This document shows positions 49,291 to 58,577 of a DNA stretch of 62,293 bases, one piece after another. Numbering within the stretch: position 1 is the first letter of the stretch; the number at the start of each line of letters is the position of its first letter. Position numbers and translations under genes: made by a program. This DNA is from Dehalococcoidia bacterium. GTDB lineage: Bacteria > Chloroflexota > Dehalococcoidia > GIF9 > UBA5629. The notes below the pieces were generated by a model. It searched no databases. It had not been told where the DNA came from and worked only from the letters and a program-made list of their open reading frames with translations. The stretch spans positions 1 to 62,293 of the forward strand of contig JAFGHL010000074.1 of the NCBI GenBank assembly GCA_016930155.1, read 5' to 3'.

Positions 49291-50496
49291 ATGATACCTC
49301 TGAAGGGAATTAAAGTACTGGATTTAAGCGAGGAAATCGCGGGCCCGTTCTGTGCCATGCAACTGAGCGATGGAGGGGCCGAGGTTATCAAGGTGGAGCC
49401 TATCGAGGGAGATTGGTCGCGCCACCTGGGAGAGAAGAAAAACGGTGAAAGCGTTCTCTTCCTATCATTGAACCGCGGCAAGAAAAGCATTGCGCTGAAT
49501 CTGCAGGAAGCCGGAGGGCGGGAGATAGTGCGCAAGCTGGCCAAAGATGCAGACGTCCTTATCGAAAGTTTCGGCCCTGGCAAAGCTGAAGAACTGGGAA
49601 TCGGATATGCTCAGCTGTCCGCGGAGAACCCCGGACTAGTCTATTGTGCGATTTCCCCCTTCGGCCCCGCCGGCCCCTATGCGGGGATGCCGGCCTCTGA
49701 GCTTGAGATACAGGGCATGGCGGGTTACCAGTGGTTTCTGGGTGAGATGGGGGAGGCGCCGGTGCGCCTGGGAGCGGACATGGCGACCAGCACAACGGGA
49801 ATGTGGTCATTTATAGGCATACTCTCCGCCCTGTTCAGCAGGAAGAAAACAGGCGTCGGCCAGAAGATAGACAGTTCCATGTTCTTAAATATGATCATGA
49901 TGTATGGATATGTCATAACGGCTCATTACAATCTGGATTTCCCCGGCGGGTGGCATTTCACCGGTCCGTTTGATCACGCGGAAACGGGATACAGGACCAG
50001 GGACCGTGCACTTATGTTCGGTATGCCGATCGCGGCCGACAAGATTCAGTCCGCCTGGGAATCTTTCTGCAGGCAGGTTGGGCTGGAAGCGCTGCTGGAA
50101 GACCCCTATTTCAAGGAAAAAGGCATGCGTATGGTGGGTATCGGTCGCGATGCCCAGGAATTCAAGCCCGTGATTGAATCAGCCCTTGAAAATATGACAT
50201 CCGCAGAGATAAAAAAAATCGTCGAAGGCCTGTCCGGCTACTGTGCGGTATTCAAGAATCTGGAGGACGTGTTCAGCGAACCACAGGTTGAAGCCGTTAA
50301 TATGGTCGAAGAGATTGAACATCCGACCGCCGGCAAGATAAAGGTCACGGGGATACCCTGGAAGCTGCTGGATACTCCTTTAAAGGTGCAGGGCCCTCCT
50401 CCCACGCTGGGTCAGCATACGGAAAAAATCCTGCAGGCGCTGGGCTATTCAGCCCGGGAGATCGCTGCCTTTAGGGAAGCGCAAATCGTAGCTTAA
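49291..50496 (+). CDS. CoA-transferase family III subunit lacking the catalytic Asp
   Basis: GAEVIKVEP, NRGKKSI, PVRLGADMATSTTG, PPTLGQHT. Confidence 0.83.
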   Translation: MIPLKGIKVLDLSEEIAGPFCAMQLSDGGAEVIKVEPIEGDWSRHLGEKKNGESVLFLSLNRGKKSIALNLQEAGGREIVRKLAKDADVLIESFGPGKAEELGIGYAQLSAENPGLVYCAISPFGPAGPYAGMPASELEIQGMAGYQWFLGEMGEAPVRLGADMATSTTGMWSFIGILSALFSRKKTGVGQKIDSSMFLNMIMMYGYVITAHYNLDFPGGWHFTGPFDHAETGYRTRDRALMFGMPIAADKIQSAWESFCRQVGLEALLEDPYFKEKGMRMVGIGRDAQEFKPVIESALENMTSAEIKKIVEGLSGYCAVFKNLEDVFSEPQVEAVNMVEEIEHPTAGKIKVTGIPWKLLDTPLKVQGPPPTLGQHTEKILQALGYSAREIAAFREAQIVA

Positions 50497-50518
50497 TAAT
50501 GATGGAGGACAGCATAAG

Positions 50519-51475
50519 ATGATTGTTGATGCTCACACCCATTTCTGGTTCAAAGGATTCATGCCGACGGCGTTCCACAGGAATACGGCCGAGGAATGGG
50601 CCAAGAAGGAGGCGGGGCGCAAGCCCGAGATGATCCTTCCCAAGATCGAGGAGGGGGTCACCGATCCGGACGGCACGGACTATATAGCAAATATGGATAA
50701 GGCCGGTGTGGATGCCAGCATCATCATGATGACCGACTTCGGCACATACTGGACCGGTGAGGAACCCGCTGTTCCATACGAAGAACAGGTCGTGCTTTTT
50801 GGCGAATTTCAGAAGAAATACAAGGGCAGGCTTTACGTCTGCGCTTATGTTGATCCGCGCAGGCCGGACTGCGCAAAGATCATGACCAGGGCCATCAAGG
50901 AATGCGGCTTGAAGGGATGCGGCGAGTTCACGACTAAAAGCCTGCTGGTGAACAGCGACGAGGCGAAACCGCTGGTGAAGGTATGCGCCGATCTGGACAT
51001 ACCGGTGGTGATCCATACACGTGCAGGCGAAGGCATCAATATGGCCGGCGCAGATTTCACCATACCCAACCACAACCATCCCGGCCATATCGCAGGGCTG
51101 CTCAAAGCTTATAAGGGATTGAAAGTCGTGATTGCCCATGCCGGTTATCCCAAGTGGTGGGAGGCTGCCATACAGGTAGCCAAAGGATACCCCAATTGTT
51201 ACCTTGAGCTGTCAAACTGGAATTTTGGAGCCATCAACCTGGATGACTTCGTGCCGATCCTGGCCTGCATGCGGGACAACCTGGGCGCAGACCATATCCT
51301 GTTTGCCAGCGACCATCCCTCGGGCAAACGCTACCGCTCGCTGGGTTTCCTGCCGGGCTGGGTCAACTTCTTCAAGGAGCTGCCGGAGAAAGCGAAGAGC
51401 CTGGGATATGAATTCACCAAAGCCGAAGTAGATATGATACTGGGCGAAAACGCCAGAAAACTTTTCAAGCTATAG
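50519..51475 (+). CDS. Amidohydrolase family protein (Amidohydro_2)
   Basis: IVDAHTH, PVVIHT, IAHAG, LFASDHP, ILGENARKL. Confidence 0.88.
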   Translation: MIVDAHTHFWFKGFMPTAFHRNTAEEWAKKEAGRKPEMILPKIEEGVTDPDGTDYIANMDKAGVDASIIMMTDFGTYWTGEEPAVPYEEQVVLFGEFQKKYKGRLYVCAYVDPRRPDCAKIMTRAIKECGLKGCGEFTTKSLLVNSDEAKPLVKVCADLDIPVVIHTRAGEGINMAGADFTIPNHNHPGHIAGLLKAYKGLKVVIAHAGYPKWWEAAIQVAKGYPNCYLELSNWNFGAINLDDFVPILACMRDNLGADHILFASDHPSGKRYRSLGFLPGWVNFFKELPEKAKSLGYEFTKAEVDMILGENARKLFKL

Positions 51476-51496
51476 AAATTCAAAGGAGAACGAGAG

Positions 51497-52459
51497 ATGA
51501 CCATATTAGTGACAGGTGGAAAGGGCTTTATAGGCGCCCGCGTTATCAAAAACCTGGTGGAGCGTGGTGAAGAGGTGGTCTGCATGGAGCCCAAGCTCAC
51601 GCCGGGAAGGCTGGGTGAGCTGGCCGGCAAGATCACCATGGTCGAAGGCGATATAGTAAACTTCGCTAATATCTCCGACGTCATGAGCAAGTACAAGGTC
51701 GACAGAGTGGCGCACATGGTGTTCTTCTCGGCGGAGGAGCGTGGCGTCAGCGAGCGCCCCGAGAAGGCCGGTGACCTGTATAAGCAGATGATGATCATGA
51801 ACACCGGCACTTTCCATATTTTTGAGGCCGCCCGCCTGGCCGGTGTAAAGAAATTTGTTTACCCCAGCTCCATACAGTATCACGGAATACCCTGGGACGG
51901 CCCGGAGCCAGTGAATGAGGACTCCCCGGCCAGGCCCAACAGGGGTTACGGAATCGGCAAGTTTTTGTGCGAGCACCTGGCACATGAATACAACAGGCTG
52001 CTCAAGACAGATATAGTCACTATAAGGATACCCGGCGTATACGGACCGGGCGTGCGAATCGGCGCCCGGGGAGTAAACCTGATAGGTACGGCTGGAGCGC
52101 TGGGCAACGAGATACCTTTCCCGTATCCGGCCAAGCAGTACATCGTGCTGGCTCACGTCGATGATATAGCTGAAATGGTGGCCAGGATACTGTTTGCGCC
52201 GAAACTGCCGCATGAGGTCTATCATGTCGGCGGTCACTATGTCTCGTACGGCGAAATGGCGGAGATAGGCCGAAAGATCATCCCCGACATGAAGGTCACC
52301 TTTGATGACAGCGGTCCCTTCGGTCACATGTATAAGATAGATTGCAGCAGGATGATCAAAGAGATAGGAGTGCAGCACCGCAGCCTGTATGACGGGTACT
52401 TCGAACTGGTTAACCTGACTCGCAAAGAGAACAACCTGCCGCCGATAGAAAAGAAATAA
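51497..52459 (+). CDS. NAD-dependent epimerase/dehydratase family protein
   Basis: TGGKGFIG, YPSS, YGIGK, VYGPG, HVDDIA. Confidence 0.88.
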   Translation: MTILVTGGKGFIGARVIKNLVERGEEVVCMEPKLTPGRLGELAGKITMVEGDIVNFANISDVMSKYKVDRVAHMVFFSAEERGVSERPEKAGDLYKQMMIMNTGTFHIFEAARLAGVKKFVYPSSIQYHGIPWDGPEPVNEDSPARPNRGYGIGKFLCEHLAHEYNRLLKTDIVTIRIPGVYGPGVRIGARGVNLIGTAGALGNEIPFPYPAKQYIVLAHVDDIAEMVARILFAPKLPHEVYHVGGHYVSYGEMAEIGRKIIPDMKVTFDDSGPFGHMYKIDCSRMIKEIGVQHRSLYDGYFELVNLTRKENNLPPIEKK

Positions 52460-52485
52460 CTTACACGTATGAGCGGGAGTATAAA

Positions 52486-52917
52486 ATGAGTGAAAATGTA
52501 GCTGGTGCAGAGAAAAAGACTATTCCTTTGCAGGAAGGCCTGTTCGAAATGGGCAGCGACGACAAATATCATCTGGTGGCCAGCCGATGTAAAAGCTGCA
52601 GACTAACATTTTTCCCCAAGAGGAAATACTGCGGGAAATGCGGCTCTGCCGACGTCGAGGTGTTTAATCTGAGCGACCGCGGCAAGGTCTTTACCTTCAG
52701 TCAGGTAGACAGGAAGAGCATATATACAATTATAGATCCGCCCTATATGGAGGCGGAAGTCGAGATGCCGGAAGGCGTCCATATATTCACAATACTGGAT
52801 AAATGCGATTTTAAGGCGGTGGACTTCGGGATGGAGGTGGAAGTCTATATGGACAAGGTCAAGCAGGATGAAGCGGGCAACGACGTCATAGCCTTCAAAT
52901 TCAAGCCCGCTGCTTAA
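52486..52917 (+). CDS. Zn-ribbon/OB-fold (DUF35) protein
   Basis: CKSC...FPKRKYCGKC, PY...VEMPEG. Confidence 0.87.
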   Translation: MSENVAGAEKKTIPLQEGLFEMGSDDKYHLVASRCKSCRLTFFPKRKYCGKCGSADVEVFNLSDRGKVFTFSQVDRKSIYTIIDPPYMEAEVEMPEGVHIFTILDKCDFKAVDFGMEVEVYMDKVKQDEAGNDVIAFKFKPAA

Positions 52918-52962
52918 CTATTGAGGCTTAAATCGGCTCAGTTTGACGGAGGAAACGGCATT

Positions 52963-54120
52963 ATGAATGAAGTAGTAGTAATGGGAGTGGGCACTCTTCG
53001 TTTCGGCAGGTGGCCGAATAAGTCTGTTATGGAGATGGCCGAGGTGCCCATTGAGGCTGCGCTTAAGGACTCGGGCATCCCGTTCAAGGACATTCAGGCT
53101 GCATACATAGGCAGTGAACTGGGGCATTTCCCGGATGCCAGGATGATCGTACAGAATTTCGGTTGGACCGGCATTCCCATCAGCCAGATGCAACAGGCCT
53201 GCGCCAGCGGATCGGCCGCATTCAGGGAGGCCTTTTACTCCGTAGCCTCGGGCAGGTATGACGTAGTCCTGGTGGCAGGCTACGAAAAAATGGGGAAGGG
53301 GCTGATCCCGGGCGGCGTACCCGAGCAGGACAAGGAGTACCATCTCCATTATATGGGGCTCGATGTAACGCCGGCCCGTATCGCCATGGCCATTAAAAGA
53401 AGAATGCTTACCTACGGCGATACTCTTGAGATGCTGGCGGCCGAGGCAGCCCAGTGCTTTGAGTACGGGCCGCTTAACCAGTATGCGCACAACCAGAAAA
53501 GATACACCATGGCCGATGTGCTGGAGTCGCCCATGATCTGCTCTCCGCTTACTCTCCTGATGAGTTGCCCTATCAGCGATGGGGCGGCGGCGGCCATCAT
53601 CTGCAGCAAGAAAAAAGCCAGGCAGTTCGGAGCGGGCAGGGCTATCACCGTTGCTGTGAGTGTTGCCGGTACGCCGGATTATAACGATCTGGTGGGCGGG
53701 CCCGGACCGCACATCGGCGGCGACTTCAAGGGAGGCAAACTGACCAGCAGGGTGAGCAAGGAAGCATACGAGAAGAGCGGTATAGGGCCACGAGATATCA
53801 AGGTCGTCCAGTGCCATGCGCCTTTCGCCGGCGGTGGCGCAATCTGCATTGAGGCGCTTGGCTACTGCGAAGAAGGTGAAGGAGGGAAATGGTTCCTGGA
53901 AGGTAAAACCAGGATTGACGGTCAGGTAGCCGTCAATACCGACGGCGGCCTGATAGCCAGGGGACATCCCCTGGGAGCCACCGGAGTCGCCGAGATTGGC
54001 GAGCTCGTCCGCCAGTTGAGAGGCGAAGGCGGCGCCCTGCAGATACCAAACAATCCCAAAGTAGCCATGGCACACAATACGGGACTGGGCTGCATAAACC
54101 TTCACATCCTCAAGAAGTAG
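52963..54120 (+). CDS. Thiolase family protein (SCP-x/BbsB type)
   Basis: QACASGS, SCPISDGAAA, QCHAPF, GHPLGATG; GGAGG RBS before ATG 52963. Confidence 0.87.
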   Translation: MNEVVVMGVGTLRFGRWPNKSVMEMAEVPIEAALKDSGIPFKDIQAAYIGSELGHFPDARMIVQNFGWTGIPISQMQQACASGSAAFREAFYSVASGRYDVVLVAGYEKMGKGLIPGGVPEQDKEYHLHYMGLDVTPARIAMAIKRRMLTYGDTLEMLAAEAAQCFEYGPLNQYAHNQKRYTMADVLESPMICSPLTLLMSCPISDGAAAAIICSKKKARQFGAGRAITVAVSVAGTPDYNDLVGGPGPHIGGDFKGGKLTSRVSKEAYEKSGIGPRDIKVVQCHAPFAGGGAICIEALGYCEEGEGGKWFLEGKTRIDGQVAVNTDGGLIARGHPLGATGVAEIGELVRQLRGEGGALQIPNNPKVAMAHNTGLGCINLHILKK

Positions 54121-54171
54121 TAGCTGTATTTCGGGGATTGTGCCGGCAGCAGTGTACCAGCATAGGGCTGG

Positions 54172-54187
54172 ATATCTTATAAGATAT
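54172..54187. promoter_or_regulatory. Perfect 16-bp palindrome in intra-operon spacer
   Basis: ATATCTTATAAGATAT, overlapping TATAACGTTT (variant of the regulon motif). Confidence 0.35.
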
Positions 54188-54212
54188 AACGTTTAAGTAA
54201 ATTAATAAAGGG

Positions 54213-55961
54213 ATGAAAAACGAGGAATATTTCAGCAAGCTGTTCGCCTCCGAGCCGTCAAGCAGGCCGGACAAGGTCACCAATCTGGGCGAGGCGATAG
54301 GGAAAAACCTGAATCCGGGCATGTCCGTTTTCCTGGGCTGGAACGCCAATGCGGCGGTCTGCGAGATAATGAGGCGGTATCAAGGCGGCAAACCGGGCTT
54401 CACTCTGGTCATGTCTCTTACCTGGGACCTTTCCCTGAACCTGGTGCACGGTGGTCTGATCAAGAGAATCATATCTGGGGGATGCTCATATCCCGCCCCC
54501 GGCCCGGCGCCCAGCCACGTAATACAGAGGGCCTATCGCGAAGGCAAGGTGGAGATCGAAAACTGGACTCTCTATTCCATGCAGCAGAGGCTGATGGCGG
54601 GTGCGCTGGGAGTTGGTTTCATGCCCACCAGGTCCATCGCCGGAAGCGATATGGCGATGGAAAACAGGGCATGCTTTAAGGAGATTGCAGATCCCTTTGA
54701 CAGCAGCAGGAAAATTGGAGCGGTAAAAGCCTTGAATACCGACATCGCCATCGTCCACGCACTGGCTGCTGACAGATACGGCAATACCATCATGTCTCCC
54801 GTTTCGCAGGACACTTTGTGGGGTCCCAGGTCGGCAAGGGGTGGAGTGATTGTGACGGCCGAAAAAATAGTCGGCCCGGAATTCATACGACGTCATGCCC
54901 ATCTGGTCAGCATTCCGGGATACCTGGTCAGGGCGGTTTCGCTGTGTCCGCTGGGAGCTCATCCGGAAGGTCATTTCTCCTGCATCGAGGGAGTTGACAG
55001 CTACGGCGAAGACTACGACTTCATGCTCGAGCAGAAGAAAGTCAGCAGAGAACCTGATCTGCTGAATGACTGGTTGAAACAGTGGATATACGATGTACGG
55101 GATCATGAGGAATACACTGGCCGAATCGGCTTTGAACGCATCTTCAGCCTTAAACATAAGATCAATACGACGCAATGGGAAAATGATTTAAATTCATGCG
55201 CTTGTGACAGGCAAGCGGGCCGTACGGAGAAGATGATTATCGCCGCGTCGCGGGTGATCGCTGAAAGGGTAAAAGAGGCCGGATACAAGGTACTGCTGGC
55301 AGGAATCGGGATACCGGGACTCGCCTCTTGGATAGCCTACTATCGGCTCAAGCAGGAGGGTGTTGAAATAAAGCTAATCCTGGGTTCGGGCGTGTTTGGA
55401 TATCAGCCCGGGCCGGGGGACCCGAATTCAGTGAGCGTCCGCCATGTGCCTTCCGCGGAGATGCTGATTGACACGGGCGAGATGTACGGGTTCATTATTT
55501 CAGGTGAGGGCGCCAGTTGTCTCAGCATCGTTGGAACTGCTCAAATCGATGAAAAAGGGAATATCAACACCACCCGGGTGGGCGCGGACACATATATCAG
55601 CGGTTCGGGTGGAAACAACGACAATACCAGCGGCGCCTCGGAGGTGATGGTAGTCATGGCACAATCAAAGAAACGCTGCGTCGAGCGGTTGGACTACCTG
55701 ACCTCAGCCGGCGACAAAGTCAGCACTCTAATTACAGATATGGGAGTTTTTCGCAAAGGCTCCGACGGCCGTTTTATTCTGACCGACTGCATACCTGCAG
55801 CGGATAGTAAAGATCCGGCAGGTATACTGGCAGAGATTCAGGATAAATGCGGCTGGAAAATCAAAGCAGATCCAGCGTTGACCGCCATAGGCTCTTTTGA
55901 TGAGCGTGACCTTGCTTTATTGAGGATGTTCGATCCGCACGGACACGTATCGGGAGGATAG
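54213..55961 (+). CDS. Fused alpha+beta class I CoA-transferase fold protein (GctAB/IpdAB-like)
   Basis: RLMAGALGVGFMPTRSIAGSD, HALAADRYGN, PLGAHP; AGIG, AQIDEKGNIN, GSGGNND, ITDMGV. Confidence 0.82.
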   Translation: MKNEEYFSKLFASEPSSRPDKVTNLGEAIGKNLNPGMSVFLGWNANAAVCEIMRRYQGGKPGFTLVMSLTWDLSLNLVHGGLIKRIISGGCSYPAPGPAPSHVIQRAYREGKVEIENWTLYSMQQRLMAGALGVGFMPTRSIAGSDMAMENRACFKEIADPFDSSRKIGAVKALNTDIAIVHALAADRYGNTIMSPVSQDTLWGPRSARGGVIVTAEKIVGPEFIRRHAHLVSIPGYLVRAVSLCPLGAHPEGHFSCIEGVDSYGEDYDFMLEQKKVSREPDLLNDWLKQWIYDVRDHEEYTGRIGFERIFSLKHKINTTQWENDLNSCACDRQAGRTEKMIIAASRVIAERVKEAGYKVLLAGIGIPGLASWIAYYRLKQEGVEIKLILGSGVFGYQPGPGDPNSVSVRHVPSAEMLIDTGEMYGFIISGEGASCLSIVGTAQIDEKGNINTTRVGADTYISGSGGNNDNTSGASEVMVVMAQSKKRCVERLDYLTSAGDKVSTLITDMGVFRKGSDGRFILTDCIPAADSKDPAGILAEIQDKCGWKIKADPALTAIGSFDERDLALLRMFDPHGHVSGG

Positions 55962-55997
55962 GCGCCTGCAGCAGAGGACACCGGAGGTTATGCGCAC

Positions 55998-56993
55998 TTG
56001 AGAAACGAGAGTATCCGTGGTATCCAATCCGGTGACGATCTTGCGCTGGCCAGGCTTATCAGCTTGGTCGAAAGAGGCGGCGCGCATGTTCCCGAGATCA
56101 TGAGAACGCTGGCCGCGCAGGCCGGCAGGGCATATCGAATAGGAGTCACCGGCCCTCCCGGGGCCGGGAAAAGCACGCTGATCAGCGGCCTTACAACGCT
56201 TTTGAGGGAGAAGGGTTTCAGTGTGGCGGTACTGGCCGTAGACCCGACCAGCCCTTTCAGGGGAGGAGCCATACTGGGTGACCGTGTGCGGATGCAGAAG
56301 CATTATACCGATGAGGGTGTATTCATTCGCAGCCTGGCTACCAGGGGCGTAAAGGGAGGATTAACCGGCACGATCGGTGAGATTATCGACCTGGTCGACG
56401 CTGCCGGCAAGGACTATATACTGCTTGAGACGGTCGGTGTGGGTCAGGGCGAGTTGGATATAGTGAGCCACGTGGATACGGTTGCTGTTGTTCTGGTGCC
56501 GGGCGCCGGGGACAGTATTCAAATCATGAAGGCCGGAATAATGGAGATCGCCGATATATTCGTAGTCAACAAATCCGACCTGGCCGGCGCCGATGAGCTG
56601 GTCAACAATCTAAATGCAACCATAGATTTAGGCAGGAAACAGGAGCGATGGCGGATTCCGGTTTTAAAGTGCCGCTCGGACCGGAATGATGGCATAAGGG
56701 AGCTGCTGGATCAAGTATTGAAGCACAGGTATTTGCTGGAGAGCCTGGGGTTGCTTGACGAGAGGCGCGGACGGCAGCGTCTGCAGCAGTTCCGGTCCAT
56801 GCTGGAGCAGAAAATACTGGAGGAAATCAGATCGAAGCTACTGGCCGATGATAGGATTAAGGACATTGGTGAAAAAATCGAGAAGGGTGAGATTAGCCCA
56901 TACGTAGCCCTCGGCCGTGTTCTGGAAGCAGGCCTGCCGTTATCTTCCCTTGAAAAAACATGTAATAGAACTGAAAAAAGGAGCAAGAAATGA
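55998..56993 (+). CDS. meaB: Acyl-CoA mutase-associated GTPase MeaB/ArgK
   Basis: GPPGAGKST, AVDPTSPF.GGAILGDRVRM, ETVGVGQ, NKSD. Confidence 0.94.
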   Translation: MRNESIRGIQSGDDLALARLISLVERGGAHVPEIMRTLAAQAGRAYRIGVTGPPGAGKSTLISGLTTLLREKGFSVAVLAVDPTSPFRGGAILGDRVRMQKHYTDEGVFIRSLATRGVKGGLTGTIGEIIDLVDAAGKDYILLETVGVGQGELDIVSHVDTVAVVLVPGAGDSIQIMKAGIMEIADIFVVNKSDLAGADELVNNLNATIDLGRKQERWRIPVLKCRSDRNDGIRELLDQVLKHRYLLESLGLLDERRGRQRLQQFRSMLEQKILEEIRSKLLADDRIKDIGEKIEKGEISPYVALGRVLEAGLPLSSLEKTCNRTEKRSKK

Positions 56994-57763
56994 GCGCTGA
57001 GCTAATAATCGAGCGTAAGGACTTTATCAGCACAGTCACCATCAACAGGCCCGACAAGAGAAACGCGCTCAATTACGAGGTTCTGAGCGGTATTACCAGC
57101 GGTCTGAGCGAAGTGGTAAAAGAGGGCAAGACCAGGGCTATCATCCTGACGGGTGCGGGTGAGATGGCCTTCAGTGCAGGTATGGACCTCATCTTCGTCA
57201 ACACCGAGAGAGAGTTGGCCGACAGGACGCTGGCGGATGCATTAAACAGCCTGGTCAACTGTCCTATCCCCATCATAGCCAGGATACATGCGGACGCACT
57301 GGGCGCGGGCTGCGATCTTACTACAACCTGCGATTTCAGAATAGCCTCCGACAATGCCAGAATGGGAATCCCGCCGGTGAAGTTCGGCTGGGTTTACTAT
57401 CCTCAGTCCATCCAGCGCCTGATAAATTTAATCGGTCTGGCATATACCAAGGAGCTGTTTTTAACCGCGCGGTTCATGCCGGCTGCAAAGGCCAGGGAGA
57501 TCGGCCTGCTCCATTCAGTGGTGTCCCTCGCCGAGCTGGATGCGACGGTGAACGGTCTGGCGCAGGATCTGGCTGAGATGGCGCCACTGGCCGTACAGGG
57601 TACAAAGTACGTAATCAATCAGATTCTCCATTACCAGAAGCTTGACAGCGCCGTAGAGCAGGAGATCGACCGGCTGATCTGGAGATGCTACCAGTCGGAA
57701 GATGCTGTGGAGGGCAACCGGGCGTTCAAAGAGAAGAGGAAGCCCGATTTCAAGGGTAGATAG
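56990..57763 (+). CDS. Crotonase superfamily protein with non-canonical catalytic residues
   Basis: NRPDKRNAL, FSAGMDL, GAGCDL, IPPVKFG, AFKEKRKP; ATGA overlap with meaB. Confidence 0.87.
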   Translation: MSAELIIERKDFISTVTINRPDKRNALNYEVLSGITSGLSEVVKEGKTRAIILTGAGEMAFSAGMDLIFVNTERELADRTLADALNSLVNCPIPIIARIHADALGAGCDLTTTCDFRIASDNARMGIPPVKFGWVYYPQSIQRLINLIGLAYTKELFLTARFMPAAKAREIGLLHSVVSLAELDATVNGLAQDLAEMAPLAVQGTKYVINQILHYQKLDSAVEQEIDRLIWRCYQSEDAVEGNRAFKEKRKPDFKGR

Positions 57764-57785
57764 CTGTAGAAGCCGGCTATCTGCC
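57755..57785. terminator. Hairpin spanning two convergent stop codons
   Basis: GGTAGATAGCTG...CGGCTATCTGCC with G-U pairs. Confidence 0.45.
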
Positions 57786-58544
57786 GTATCCGTGCCACCC
57801 ACCGTCGCTGGTCACGCCGGCATCAGCGGCTATGACAGCGCCTGTGATGTAGCGAGACTTGTCGGAGACCAGGAAATAAGCAAGCTCAGCTATATCCTCA
57901 ACCATCATAGGCACGTGCATGGGGATGTTTTTGAGGAACAGCTCGATATTTCGGTCGCCCTGGTCGGAAGCCATCTGTGTCTGAACATAGCCCGGCGCGA
58001 TGCAGTTCACCCTAATCATATAGCCGGCCAGCTCGCGGGCAAGAATGTGCGTGAACATGTTAACAGCCGCTTTCATCGGTCCATATACTATGCAGGGCAA
58101 CGATATAAGTCCGTGTACGGAAGAGATATTGATAATACAGCCGCTCTTGCGCGGCTTCATTTCCATGGCAGCCCTGCGGCTGCAGTAGTAAACCCCTTTG
58201 AAATCCGTGTTGATTATGTTGTCAAGGTAGGCCAGGTCCAGCTCGGTGATGGGGTTGGTCGGCTGCGCAACGCCCGCGTTATTGACCAGTATATCGATCT
58301 TCCTGAACCTCTCGATCACTTTATCGAAGGCCGATTCTACATCTTGCAGTAATCCGACGTCCGTTTTGATGGCAAGCCCGTTGCCGCCGAGCGCTTCTAT
58401 CTCACCCACAGTCTGTTCAAGCTTGTCATATCCACGCCCCAGCACCGCGACATCTATGCCGTTTTTAGCGAAATGCAGGGCGATGCCTTTCCCGATGCCC
58501 CTCCCTCCACCTGTAATGATCGCGACCCTGTTTGAATTTTCCAT
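57777..58544 (-). CDS. SDR family oxidoreductase (third paralog of 38597/39448)
   Basis: TGGGRGIGKGIA, NNAG, YGPMKAA, IPMH. Confidence 0.92.
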   Translation of the reverse strand: MENSNRVAIITGGGRGIGKGIALHFAKNGIDVAVLGRGYDKLEQTVGEIEALGGNGLAIKTDVGLLQDVESAFDKVIERFRKIDILVNNAGVAQPTNPITELDLAYLDNIINTDFKGVYYCSRRAAMEMKPRKSGCIINISSVHGLISLPCIVYGPMKAAVNMFTHILARELAGYMIRVNCIAPGYVQTQMASDQGDRNIELFLKNIPMHVPMMVEDIAELAYFLVSDKSRYITGAVIAADAGVTSDGGWHGYGR

Positions 58545-58577
58545 TGCTCTCGCCTCCTGTGATTAAGGTAATAATAA

